DNA from: Octopus sinensis
Taxonomy: Eukaryota
Assembly: GCF_006345805.1 (NCBI RefSeq)
Contig: NW_021835607.1
Location: forward strand, 1-27,900
Direction: 5' to 3'
DNA length: 27,900 nt
Under the pieces are notes generated by a model. That model saw nothing but the letters and a program-made list of their open reading frames with translations. It was not told the origin of the DNA and did not search any database. The translations under genes were made by a program, and so were the position numbers. Positions 1-9,670 of the stretch are shown piece by piece. Positions within the stretch are counted from its first letter, which is position 1. Each line of letters begins with the position of its first letter.

Positions 1-1103
1 TATAATCAACTGATTGGAAATTGTAATCCTCAACTTTTTTCAGCTTCAATAAATATTTCCCAATCTATGCACGCGCACGCGCGCGTCTGTGATTATTATA
101 CTAACACACTGAACTAAATAATCTATATATAGATTTGCATATAAGCTTACATTTGCTGGTTTCACTTCCCAACATTTATTTTATTACATAATTATTATTG
201 ACCAAATATTAAACCAAAAACTTAATGAATAAAACAAAAGAACACTTTTGCCTGAATAATAAGTCAATACTTTAATGTATAAACGTAGAGTCGCCCAAAT
301 AAAAGCAAAATAATGTTGCACTGTAGCGACGCGTGTGAATGAATTTTTATCGTATTTCGTTTTCCATATATATGAGATTTCGTTTATTTCATAAATATAC
401 ATTCCCATACATATATATATATATAAATAATCTGCAGTCTGTCTTTCACACATTCAAACTATTGTAAATCAATAACTAACTGTTTATTAATCATTGATTA
501 AAAACAAGTGGAGCTTTTGAGTTTTATTTTACTATTATTTAATGTTTTTATCTCTTCATGTATAACATGCCTATAATATACATTATTATATTACATAGAG
601 CTTTTACATTATATAACTTCTTAAGCTTATATATTATATAATATATACGTATACTTGAAGATTAGCTAAATGCGAAAGTATAGAGCAGGCCATTAAAATT
701 CCTTTCAGTATTTAGCTTCAGCCCTCGATGCTTTACATTCAAATCTCTGATATTTTGAAGACAGCATCTGAAGATGGTGACACACCAAACCGTCTTGTTA
801 TTGCCTTTACACCTTGCTATAACATATTTCTTGTCCCTCACTAACCGTCGTTAAAAAATATAAGCAAGTCGGACTTAGTATTACAGACAACAGTGCTGAT
901 GTCTGATGTTCTATCCTTTTGTAGTCACGTAGGTACTTCATTTATAAGTCACACACCACAAATTTCATTATTTCGCTCCATCATCAAGTTAATTTGATCA
1001 ATGTCTTCCGTCGGATGTCTCTGACCTGCTCATTGATAAAGCAGTCCATTGTGAATAACAAGATTCTTTCCTAACTCAGAGAGTTAACAACACTGTAAGA
1101 GAC

Positions 1104-1122
1104 TGTGTGTGTGTGTGTGTGT

Positions 1123-1151
<29 letters not shown>
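1104..1151. repeat. (TG)n microsatellite
   Basis: Near-perfect TG run with one GG interruption. Confidence 0.95.
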
Positions 1152-1154
<3 letters not shown>

Positions 1155-1296
1155 GAAATGAACTGTAAATCTAATAGCGCCAGACTGCAATAATTTCTCC
1201 TGTAACATATGTTTTCAAATGGAAAATCTTGCCAAATACGTAACTGAAATGTATGAATGTACGTCTCCACGCAGACACGCGCGTGCACGTTTATGC

Positions 1297-1410
<114 letters not shown>

Positions 1411-1443
1411 AATCAAAATAAGCAACAAGGATATCCAAGGTAG

Positions 1444-1531
1444 TGTAGTACAATCGTTTCATGCTACTTCATTTAATTAAACAATGTAAGTATTACATCA
1501 GTTTTAAAATGTAGAGCACTCTTCAGCCACA
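1444..1531 (-). ncRNA. Type I hammerhead ribozyme motif, probably from a Penelope-like element
   Basis: Minus strand reads UGUGG-CUGAAGA-GUGCU...AGCAU-GAAA-CGAUUG-UA-CUACA. It has stem I (UGUGG/CUACA), the conserved CUGAnGA and GAAA boxes, a long stem II, a short near-palindromic stem III and a GUA cleavage triplet. Confidence 0.75.
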
Positions 1532-1760
1532 TATAGAATGTTTTAATTAAATAGACAATGTTCCATTTGCCAACATTACAAAGATGGTAGATATATAGGC
1601 AGAGAGCTTAATTTCATCATTAAGAACATGGTAGTAGAAGGTCCCTCTCCATGGGCAGATTTTTTATCACTGAGTTCACTTTGTTATTTAGATTTATCAA
1701 TGGGGATGGGTTTTTTTTTATTTAGTTCAGTGGAGACAAACAAGAATGCTCTACATTTTA

Positions 1761-1764
1761 TTTA

Positions 1765-1839
<75 letters not shown>
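1761..1839. repeat. (TA)n microsatellite, interrupted
   Basis: Direct reading. Confidence 0.9.
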
Positions 1840-1840
1840 C

Positions 1841-2085
1841 ATGAAGGCAAGATTATGGCAGCATTGACCAACGTATCAAGGAGACCGTCCAGAAGAGTGG
1901 CTGGAGATTCCGAAGTTGTCTGGAGGTTGTGGTTGAAGCCAATGGCGATTTTATTGAAAAAGTTTACTCTTTAGTATTTCAAGATATTTTTATGTAATTT
2001 TGGTGAATATATCAGTTGAAAATGTGATATCACTGTTATTTTCATTTTTGCGTAATACAGACGACAATATATTCACAGCACCCAG
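1841..2085 (+). mobile_element. 3' end fragment of a Tc1/mariner DNA transposon
   Basis: Frameshifted translation gives KARIMAALTN...KETVQK...RFRSCLEVVVEANGDF, a typical Tc1/mariner transposase C-terminus. It is followed by an AT-rich 3' UTR ending ATTCACAGCACCCAG|TA, a TIR-like end plus TA target. Confidence 0.7.
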
Positions 2086-2457
2086 TATATATGGAGAGGT
2101 AGATATGGATATAGATATAGATATATGGGAACACATATACATACGTACGCGCGCACGTACACATATATACGTATACATACATACACACATATATATGATT
2201 TGGCTCATTTCGTCGGAAGGACTGAGCTGCATACATGGCCTCATACACATAACACTCAGTTATCCACTTGTTTAACTGAGTGAAATTGTTTAACTCAGGG
2301 CTTCATCAGCTTACTGTATTGTGTTTGTTTGTGGTTGTTGTTCCTTAAGAGGGAAAGAACGAGCAGAACTATGATCGAAAGATTAGAGCCGTGGCCATCC
2401 TAGCAGTTTAGGAGTGTCTATTACTACATTATCTAAAATATTTCTTTCTCCATTAAA

Positions 2458-2660
2458 CTGGCAGAATCGTTAGCACGCCGGACAAAATGCTTAGCGACAT
2501 TTCATCCGTCTTTACTTTCTGAGCACAAATTCCTCCGAGGTCGTCTTAACCTTTCATCCTTTTGGGGATCGATAAGATAAGTACCAACTGAGCACTCCCT
2601 AAGTACCCCCTCCCCACCACGAAATTGCAAGCCTTGTGCCAGCATTTGAAATCAGTATTT
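2458..2660 (+). mobile_element. tRNA-derived SINE, group B head with an alternative 3' tail and an internal deletion
   Basis: Head TGGCAGAATCGTTAGCACGCCGG and centre CCTTTCATCCTTTTGGGGATCGATAAGATAAGTACC match the reverse complement of the copies at 3041 and 14975; the tail differs. Confidence 0.85.
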
Positions 2661-3040
2661 CTCTTTCTTTGTTAACACTGTAGTCTTGTTGAGAGATTTG
2701 GCTGCTATTCCTAGCAAATGGAACAACTGCATAGAGAGAGTCTCTTTCTGACTGGTTCGGGTGTATTAAGGTTAAATCTTTCACTAGCTTGGAGAAGGAA
2801 TCATGACACACTTTCCTCAGACACGCAACATGAAGATGAAACTTTCATTATCGACCGAACGATCCAATATCAGCGGAGAATAGAACCAACCTTTTTTTGA
2901 AAATTGAACGCGAAAACCCGGTTTCGATTTCCGATTAGGTTTCCGATAGCATTTTTTTTCCACGTGCTTGTGTCAGTCATGTGTATAAAAGAGGCATTGA
3001 CATCACAGTTTCCACCACTGTTAACCCATTGATGGATACC

Positions 3041-3275
3041 TATTTCTTTATTACCCACAAGGGGCTAAACATAGAGGGGACAAACAAGGACATACATAGG
3101 TATTAAGTCGTTTATATCGACCCCAGTGCGTAACTGGTACTTAATTTATCGACCCCGAAAGGATGAAAGGCAAAGTTGACCTCGGCGGAATTTGAACTCA
3201 CAACGTAACAACAGACAAAATACGGTTACGCATTTCGCCCGGCGTGCTAACGTTTCTGCCAGCTCGCCGCCTTCT
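3041..3275 (-). mobile_element. tRNA-derived SINE, group B, full length with TSD
   Basis: Highly similar to 14975-15210. Head GGCGGCGAGCTGGCAG with B-box-like GAGTTCAAATTCC. Flanked by CATTGAYGGATACC at 3027-3040 and 3276-3289. Confidence 0.92.
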
Positions 3276-3519
3276 CATTGACGGATACCATTGATAAAAC
3301 ATATCAGCTTCCAAATACAAACTTTGAGGGGGGAATATCAACCACATCTTTCTGTGTACAGCTGGGTTTCGGAAACACTACGAAGGGCACAGGATCGACT
3401 CAAGCCATTCGGCCGAATAGCCACACCATTTGGGTGTGTATATGTACGCGCCTGCGTATGCATGTATATACGTGGAGAGGTACGTATCTATGCATCTATG
3501 TACGTATATATTTATGTGC

Positions 3520-3522
<3 letters not shown>

Positions 3523-3585
<63 letters not shown>

Positions 3586-3600
3586 AGTATGTGTATGTGT
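3523..3600. repeat. (TG)n microsatellite
   Basis: Direct reading. Confidence 0.93.
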
Positions 3601-3975
3601 ATTTGTATATTGAAGAGTATATCATATTTTCCGTATCATTTTGTCTCGGCCATTTTTCTGCCGTGCAGTAAAATTGAACCCAAGCCCAGATGGTTGCAAA
3701 GCGAACCACTTGACAATACAGCCATTCCTATACTATGACAGATTGTTTTGTGCCAGTCGAAAACCATTTTCCTAATTAATGACATTTTCTTGCGCAAATT
3801 TAATGAACGTCTCAGTTTCAATTAAAAATAATCACGAAAGGTTAATAAAAATGAAACAAATCTTTTCATAAAAACACAACACATTTTAGATTAGGGAAAT
3901 GTTTTTAATTAAGAAATGAAGCGAAGTGTCAACGTCGGATATAAAATCGGATATAAAGTTTGGCGGTATTCGTTC

Positions 3976-4390
3976 CGACTCAGATGTAGCTGCGTGGTAA
4001 GACGTTTACTTCCAAACCACATAGTTCCTGTTTCAGTCCCACAGCGTTGCACCTTTGGCAAGTGTCTTCTACTATAGCCACGGACCGACCAAAGCCTTGT
4101 GAGTGGATTTGGTAGACGGAAACTGTAAGAATCCTGTCGTATATATATATATATATAATTATGTGAACGTGTGTATCTTTGAGTCTGTGTTTGTTCCCCC
4201 ACATCACTTGGCAATTGTTGTTGGTGTGTTTATGTCCCCGTAACTTAGCGGTACGGCAAAAGACACCGATTAAGTAAGTTAAGTACAAGGCTTAAATAAA
4301 ATACTGGGGTGGATTTATTCACTTAAAATACTTCAAAGCGGTGCCCCAGCATGGCCGCAGTTTAATGACTGAAACAAATAAAAGATAAAA
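3976..4390 (+). mobile_element. tRNA-derived SINE, group A (CORE-like), older full-length copy
   Basis: Same layout as 17452-17868: head, CCTTTGGCAAGTGTCTTCT segment, central TA/TG microsatellite, and tail ending GACTGAAACAAATAAAAGA. Confidence 0.9.
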
Positions 4391-4849
4391 AATTACATAT
4401 ATATATATATATATATATAGGCTTGTATATACATGTGTGTATGTGTGAGTATGGGGTATATATGGACATATATATGTGTGTGTATGTACATATGTATATA
4501 TATATATATATGTGTGTTTGTGTGTGTGTGTGTGTGTATACAAACATATATACATACATGTGTGTGCGTGTGTGTATGTGTGTATTTAAAAAAATTGGAG
4601 TCAACAAGAAGGGGTACGGTTAGACATTTATTTTTTAATCCCTACAATTGTTTCCACGCAAGGCGTGAAGGTACTTGATTATGCAACTGCTACCCTGCAA
4701 TTCTTTCAGTTATCTATCTACACAGGACAGAAGCCCAACCGCAAACCTGAATGCACGTATAATACTACGACTACTAGTCCGAAGGTAAACGGGTTTTATA
4801 CTGTACTCTTCTACTACGTTCCTAACAGAATATGCCGTAACTATATATA

Positions 4850-5330
4850 TCTCTATATATATAAAACTGAGAATGTGTGTCTGTCTGTGTATTTCCCTAA
4901 AACTTGAGAACTACACAACCAATTTCATTCAAATTTTACACATGCCTTACTTAAGGTCCGGGGAGTGTCAATTTTAACTTTTTCCCTAGGGCGACCCCAC
5001 AGCAATATCATATCTTCTCCACTATTTCAGTATTACGTGTTAAAAGTGAGACAAAAACATCTCTCTTTTGTAATGCAGACATTCACTTTAATACTGAAAC
5101 TATTAAAGTGAAAGCATTATATAACAGGGATGAACCATTAACAGTGGTCATCCATTTTGCTAGAAGAAGATCCGCTATGGTCTTATATGCTACACCACTG
5201 GTTTTCAATTCATATGTGTGTGTATCAGTAATTCGTATTGCATCAATAACTTCAACTTGAATAAGTGGTTTCACATAAATGGGGATAAATTATAAAGGAT
5301 TGTTGTTATTATTATTACTGTTTGACTATT
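4850..5330 (+). mobile_element. Probable non-autonomous Helitron-like element, 5' portion; right boundary uncertain
   Basis: Starts A|TCTCTATATATATAAAAC, then TGTGTGTCTGTCTGTG and CAACCAATTTCATTCAAATTT. This is the usual 5' layout of Helitron/DINE-like elements (pattern recall only). Confidence 0.45.
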
Positions 5331-5582
5331 GTAACCACATTTGTTGGTTCCTCGTCAGGGAAACCGTAACCCTCCCACTTTCGGAGAAGGGGCTTTTGTT
5401 ATCGTTTAAAAATTGAATTGAGACCCTGTTTGGGGAAATTGACAATATTTTCACCGTCCTTACGGAAGCATTTTTGTTAAAATGCCTTCGATAGAAGAAA
5501 GTCCAAAAATGAATGTCGCTGCAGCCGTATACTTCTATACAAGAGGGAGGACAAGACCCAATTGATCGAAATTGCAAGTCTG

Positions 5583-5825
5583 TTATATATTTTGAGTATT
5601 GTTATCACTAGCGATATCAAGATATAACTTGGACTCCACCAGTACTTGCTTGCAATGATTCATTCCTGAGAGTATGAGATCTTCGGGCCATTTAACGTTG
5701 GGGAAGTTGAAATCACTCATAAGAAATATGGTCACGTGGTGTTCCAGATTCATGCGGATTTCTTTAATTCTTGTGAGGCAAACTTCAAACTTGCCTATGT
5801 GATTTGGAGCATCCGGTAGGCAATA
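5583..5825 (-). mobile_element. Fragment of a CR1/L2/Jockey-type LINE ORF2 AP endonuclease
   Basis: The end of ORF 5583..6101 reads YCLPDAP..GKFEVCLTRIKE...VTIFLMSDFNFPNVKW, matching the YRPP and GDFN(F)P.I.W endonuclease motifs. The rest of that ORF is microsatellite. Confidence 0.7.
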
Positions 5826-5853
5826 TGTATATATATAAATATGTATATAATAT

Positions 5854-5907
<54 letters not shown>

Positions 5908-6130
5908 ATATAATATATATATATTATATATATATATATAGATATATATATATATATATATATATTATATAAATACATGCATATATACTGATGTATATGT
6001 AAACATGTATGTCTAGATGTATATATAGATGTACATGTAATATGTACACATATATATATACAGATATATACATGCATACATATATACACACATTCACACA
6101 TATCGATACACCCACATACCTACACACACA
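5826..6130. repeat. Compound (TA)n/(TATG)n/(CA)n low-complexity tract
   Basis: Direct reading. Confidence 0.9.
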
Positions 6131-6133
6131 CAG

Positions 6134-6212
6134 GTGCAGGTGTGGTTGTGTGGTAACAAACTTGGTTCCAAAACACTTGGTCCATGTGTCTTCTGCTATA
6201 GCATCATACCAG
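6134..6212 (+). mobile_element. Truncated, internally deleted head of a group A SINE
   Basis: GGTGCAGGTGTGGTTGTGTGGTAA...TGTGTCTTCTGCTATAGC aligns to the group A head; the similarity stops where the 70-bp repeat starts. Confidence 0.6.
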
Positions 6213-6352
6213 CCAGAGCTCGCTCTGGGCGACATTGCGACGACTGTACACAGCTACCAGCCCACAGTCGACGCTATGGCGACCAGAGCTCGCTCTGGGC
6301 GATATTGCGACGACTGTACACGGCTACCAGCCCACAGTCGACGTTATGGCAT
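6213..6352. repeat. Two tandem copies of a GC-rich 70-bp unit
   Basis: Copies start at 6213 and 6283 (CCAGAGCTCGCTCTGGGCGA.ATTGCGACGACTGTACAC.GCTACCAGCCCACAGTCGACG.TATGGC), with 3 substitutions over 68 nt. Confidence 0.95.
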
Positions 6353-6371
6353 TGGTGTCACTATTACACAC

Positions 6372-6394
6372 GGGTTGGGTTGGGTTGGGTTGGG
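6372..6394 (+). other. G-quadruplex-forming motif (GGGTT)4GGG
   Basis: Five GGG tracts separated by TT loops. Confidence 0.7.
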
Positions 6395-6544
6395 AGAATT
6401 TCCATTATATATTGAGAACTGTAGCGCGAAGGCAGCATAAGAAAACAACCCTTCAATTGTTGGCAGATTTACCTACTCCGCATTGCGAGCAGTGTAACAA
6501 GATGCGTCTTCGTCAAAGCAATTGCTCCACCAAAGCAAATTAAA

Positions 6545-6700
6545 TAAAATTTGAGATACGTGGAACGTCAAAGCTGCTAACAAAAACAGGACAGTGAAAG
6601 CATTCGGTAAGGGCTGTTTAACCCTAACGAGGTGAGGTGGTGAGCGCTGGAGAAAAAAAGTTTTGTCGAGAGACAGACAAGAATGCGTGTTATAGTTATA
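6545..6700 (+). mobile_element. Possible highly decayed RTE-type endonuclease N-terminus
   Basis: TWNV (6558-6569) and EVRW (6629-6640) followed by SAGE, in different frames and with stops. Spacing is shorter than expected, so this could be chance. Confidence 0.3.
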
Positions 6701-7270
6701 AACTGAACGAGAAGAAAAAGAATTACATGTAGAAATAGAGATCTATAATTATTGAGGAGAGAATTTGAGTTAGAAATAGAGAATTATAAATATTGTATTA
6801 TGCATAAAGTGGTGGCTTACATTCGGGGCTTCCAATTTCTCTGTAAAATATAAGATAGTCGCAAAATCATCGCACATGTCACCATCGATTACAAACACCG
6901 GTGGAAGATAAAAGTTCCAGAGGACATTCTTGTTCTTTCGTTTGTACAAGGATCTTATTATGTTTCGGCTTAAAATAAATTATAGATACAAATATAATGT
7001 ATAGAAATATATAAAAACCAGAATAGAAAATAAACGTCTTAGGCATATAAAATGAGATAACATGAGATATCAAGGTGTTATAAACTTGAAACCTACTACA
7101 ATATCATAGATTATATATATCAAGTCATCCAATCAGTCCTGTCCAATTTTACCTTTTTTTTAGATTGAATGAAATTTAATAGTATTTTCAAATGTCTAAT
7201 TCAATTAAAAATTATTTTTAGGCATTTGTGTACGTTTAAACTAATTCAATAATTGTTTTACAAAATAATA

Positions 7271-8586
7271 GAGGGTGTCCACAAAGTCTGCGTACATGGG
7301 GAATAACACATACTTTTAAAACAAACCAATTTTATTTAATTATAATGTTAATAAATAATATTTTCAAAGTGATTTCCATCATTTTTCAATGCGCCTTGCA
7401 AAATTCAGGTGAACTTGATTAAATAAGTCTACATTGCCATCAATTTCAGCACACTGACTGGTAATGCGTTCTCTCATGTGTTTTAAATCTGTAATCTTTA
7501 TTGTAATCTTTCTCTTTCAACATACCCCAGAAAAAGAAATCAAGGGGAGAAAGGTCTGGTGAACGAGGGGACCTTTCCATATGAGCCCTTCTTCCAATCC
7601 AGTGAGGAAAAGTGCCATTAAGCCAATCTCTAACAGTTGTGGCAAAATGGGAGGGGCCCCATCCTGCTGAAACCAATTCGGAAGGCCCTCGCCTAGGCGC
7701 TCAATTTGAGATATTAATTTGTCTCTCAATATGTTTACATAAGTCTCATCCGTTACATGTTCAATGAAGAAGGGTCCTAGAACATGAGCTTTCCACAAAC
7801 CACACCACACCATCACCTTTTTACTGCCATGCTGTTTGGATGGATCCATCCAATGTGGATTACCTCGAGACCAGTATAGAAGATTCTGTCTGTTGACCTC
7901 TCCATTTACATAAAACGTAGCTTTGTCACTGAACAACAACGTTTTTCGTAAAAATTGATATTTTCATCCAATTTATCTGAAAACCATTCGCGCGTCTACA
8001 TTCATCCATCAGGGTAGTCTTCATTTGAGTGATGCAATATCTGTAGGTTGTATCGATGAAACTTTTCCTCAACCAGCATTTTCTGGGTGGTTGGTTTTGG
8101 AACACCTAATACCGTGGATGTCCGACGAAGTGATTTCTTTGGGCTAGCAGAAACTTTAGCCATGACAGCCTCTTTCGTTTCATATGAAGTCTTTGGTCGC
8201 CCGAAACGGGGTTTATCCAAAACACTGCCTGTTTCTTTAAATTTCTTGATCAATTTCCCGACGGCAGTAAAAAAAATAGGTTACCTATAAGGATGTCGAA
8301 GATTAAATTCTTCCGCAATTTTGCGATAAGACCATCCCTCTCGTCCACTTAATAATACTAACTCGATTCTTTCTTCTTTAGACAGATCCATCATTCGATC
8401 TGGGATTCTTTCTTCTTTAGACACAGTCATCATTCAATCATCTGTTGAAAAAATAACAAATAAATTTAGAAAAGTAAAGTATTTTTTTATTTAATTTAAA
8501 CAAAAGTAAAAAAGGAAAATTATTATTTCTTATATTTGTTTATGTTATGATTTTATTCCATGTACCCAGACTTCGTGGACACCCTA
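7271..8586 (-). mobile_element. Tc1/mariner DNA transposon, DD41D (rosa/Visitor)-like, about 1.3 kb, with both TIRs
   Basis: 28-bp TIRs at 7272-7299 (AGGGTGTCCACAAAGTCTGCGTACATGG) and 8558-8585 (reverse complement AGGGTGTCCACGAAGTCTGGGTACATGG), 2 mismatches. TA is present on the left; the right target TA is not intact. Confidence 0.92.
7348..8433 (-). pseudogene. Disrupted transposase (N-terminal HTH plus DDD catalytic domain)
   Basis: Pieces in several frames: MDLSKEERIELV, GWSYRKIAEEFN, KLIKKFKETGSVLDKPRFGRPKT, FSDKATF, VMVWCG, GPFF, FQQDGAPP/HF, WIGRR, SPDLSPLDFFFWGMLK, DGNHFENIIY*. Multiple frameshifts and stops. Confidence 0.9.
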
Positions 8587-8614
8587 AAATTGCTTTGGTT
8601 AAAACCCTTTCAGC

Positions 8615-8812
8615 ATGGAAGTATCCAAGGAGCATTTAAGGCACATATAATTCTTTATGAGTACAATAAAGGTAACTCTGCAGCCGAAGTGACTCGAAAC
8701 ATACCCTCAGTTTATGGGAAAGTGCTTGAATGAAAGAACTTGCAGGAGATCGTTTGCAAAATTGAAGATGAAGATCGAATAGGATGTCCAGTTGAGTTTG
8801 ATGATAAGCTTC
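8615..8812 (+). mobile_element. 5' fragment of a Mos1-like (DD34D) mariner transposase
   Basis: MEVSKEHLRHI/ILYEYNKGNSAAEVTRNIPSVYG...ERTCRRSFAK...EDEDRIGCPVEFDDKLL matches the mariner N-terminal HTH region. It is frameshifted and ends at the RTE junction. Confidence 0.8.
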
Positions 8813-9665
8813 TTCAACAATGGTTCAACATCAGCCGCCTTCCAAATAAAAAATGAGGTAAAGCAAGGTTGTGTCCTTGCTCCTACATTATTTGGCATCT
8901 TCTCGCTGCTGCTGTCACATGACTTTGTGACATCAGATGATGGAGTGTTTCTGCACAGTAGAAGTGATGGGAAACTGTTCAATCTCTCGCGTCTGCGTTC
9001 CAAGACCAAAATCAGAAGCGTCCTGATCAAGGAGATGCTATTTGCTGATGATGCCGCTCTGGTATCACACACAGAAGAAGCCCTACAAAGGCTCATCAAC
9101 TGTTTTGAGCAAGCATGGGGCAACTTTGGCTTATTTATCAACCTCAAGAAGACCAACATCATGGGTCAGGCTACACCGGACATCCCAAATATACATATTG
9201 GAGACCACAGACTACAGGAGGTGGAGAAGTTTACCTATCTTGGCTCTACCGTCACCTACAACCTATCCCTTGATACTGAGCTCAATATACGCATTGGCAA
9301 GGCAGCTGCTGTGATGGCCCAACTCTCCAAACGGGCATGGGACAATCACTATTACCAACTGGGAAGCAGTTGCCAGCAACCGTGGAGATTGGCGACGTAC
9401 CGTAAAAGAGGGAACACCAAGGAGTAACATAGAGAGAGAAGAGAAATGGAAAGACAAGAAAAGACGTCAACAAGAAACTATGACATTACAACCAGCTAGG
9501 CAAAGTCTTCGCTACATTTGCGGCACCTGCCAGAGGGAGTGTTTGTCCAGGATAGGACTACACAGCCACAGTAGGAGATGTATTAGGACATGAAATGTAA
9601 AAGCCGGACTAGATTATTTTATGCGCAACTCCATTGTCTCCCGAGACAAAAAGGATGCCAACAAT
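8812..9665 (+). mobile_element. 5'-truncated RTE-clade LINE: RT domain, internal deletion, C-terminal Cys/His motif and 3' UTR
   Basis: VKQGCVLAPTLFGIF, EMLFADDAALVSH, KKTNIM, FTYLGST and RIGKAA...LSKRAWDN lie in ORF 8792..9427. Frame 9351-9593 then gives NWEAVASNRGDWRRTVKEG...CGTCQRECLSRIGLHSHSRRC*. The 3' UTR is TCCATTGTCTCCCGAGACAAAAAGGATGCCAACAA. Confidence 0.93.
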
Positions 9666-9670
9666 ATATA

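Noticed and set aside
965-990. Minus-strand UUGAUGA-UGGAGC-GAAA
   Set aside because: Stem II is at most 1 bp and the cleavage position would be G, which is not allowed.
2200-2312. CUGAUGA on the minus strand and a perfect 10-bp inverted repeat (2253-2262 / 2273-2282) as a hammerhead
   Set aside because: On neither strand do CUGAnGA, a closed stem II, GAAA and NUH plus stem I occur in register. It is kept only as an isolated small hairpin.
5330-5372. Minus-strand CUGACGA-GGAACC...GGUUAC as a hammerhead
   Set aside because: The GAAA box is missing and stem I needs a bulge; too many repairs are required.
6545-9665. A single full-length RTE running from the putative endonuclease relic to the 3' UTR
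   Set aside because: The endonuclease-like piece is far more decayed than the RT piece, and no RTE-like sequence links them, so one copy is unlikely.
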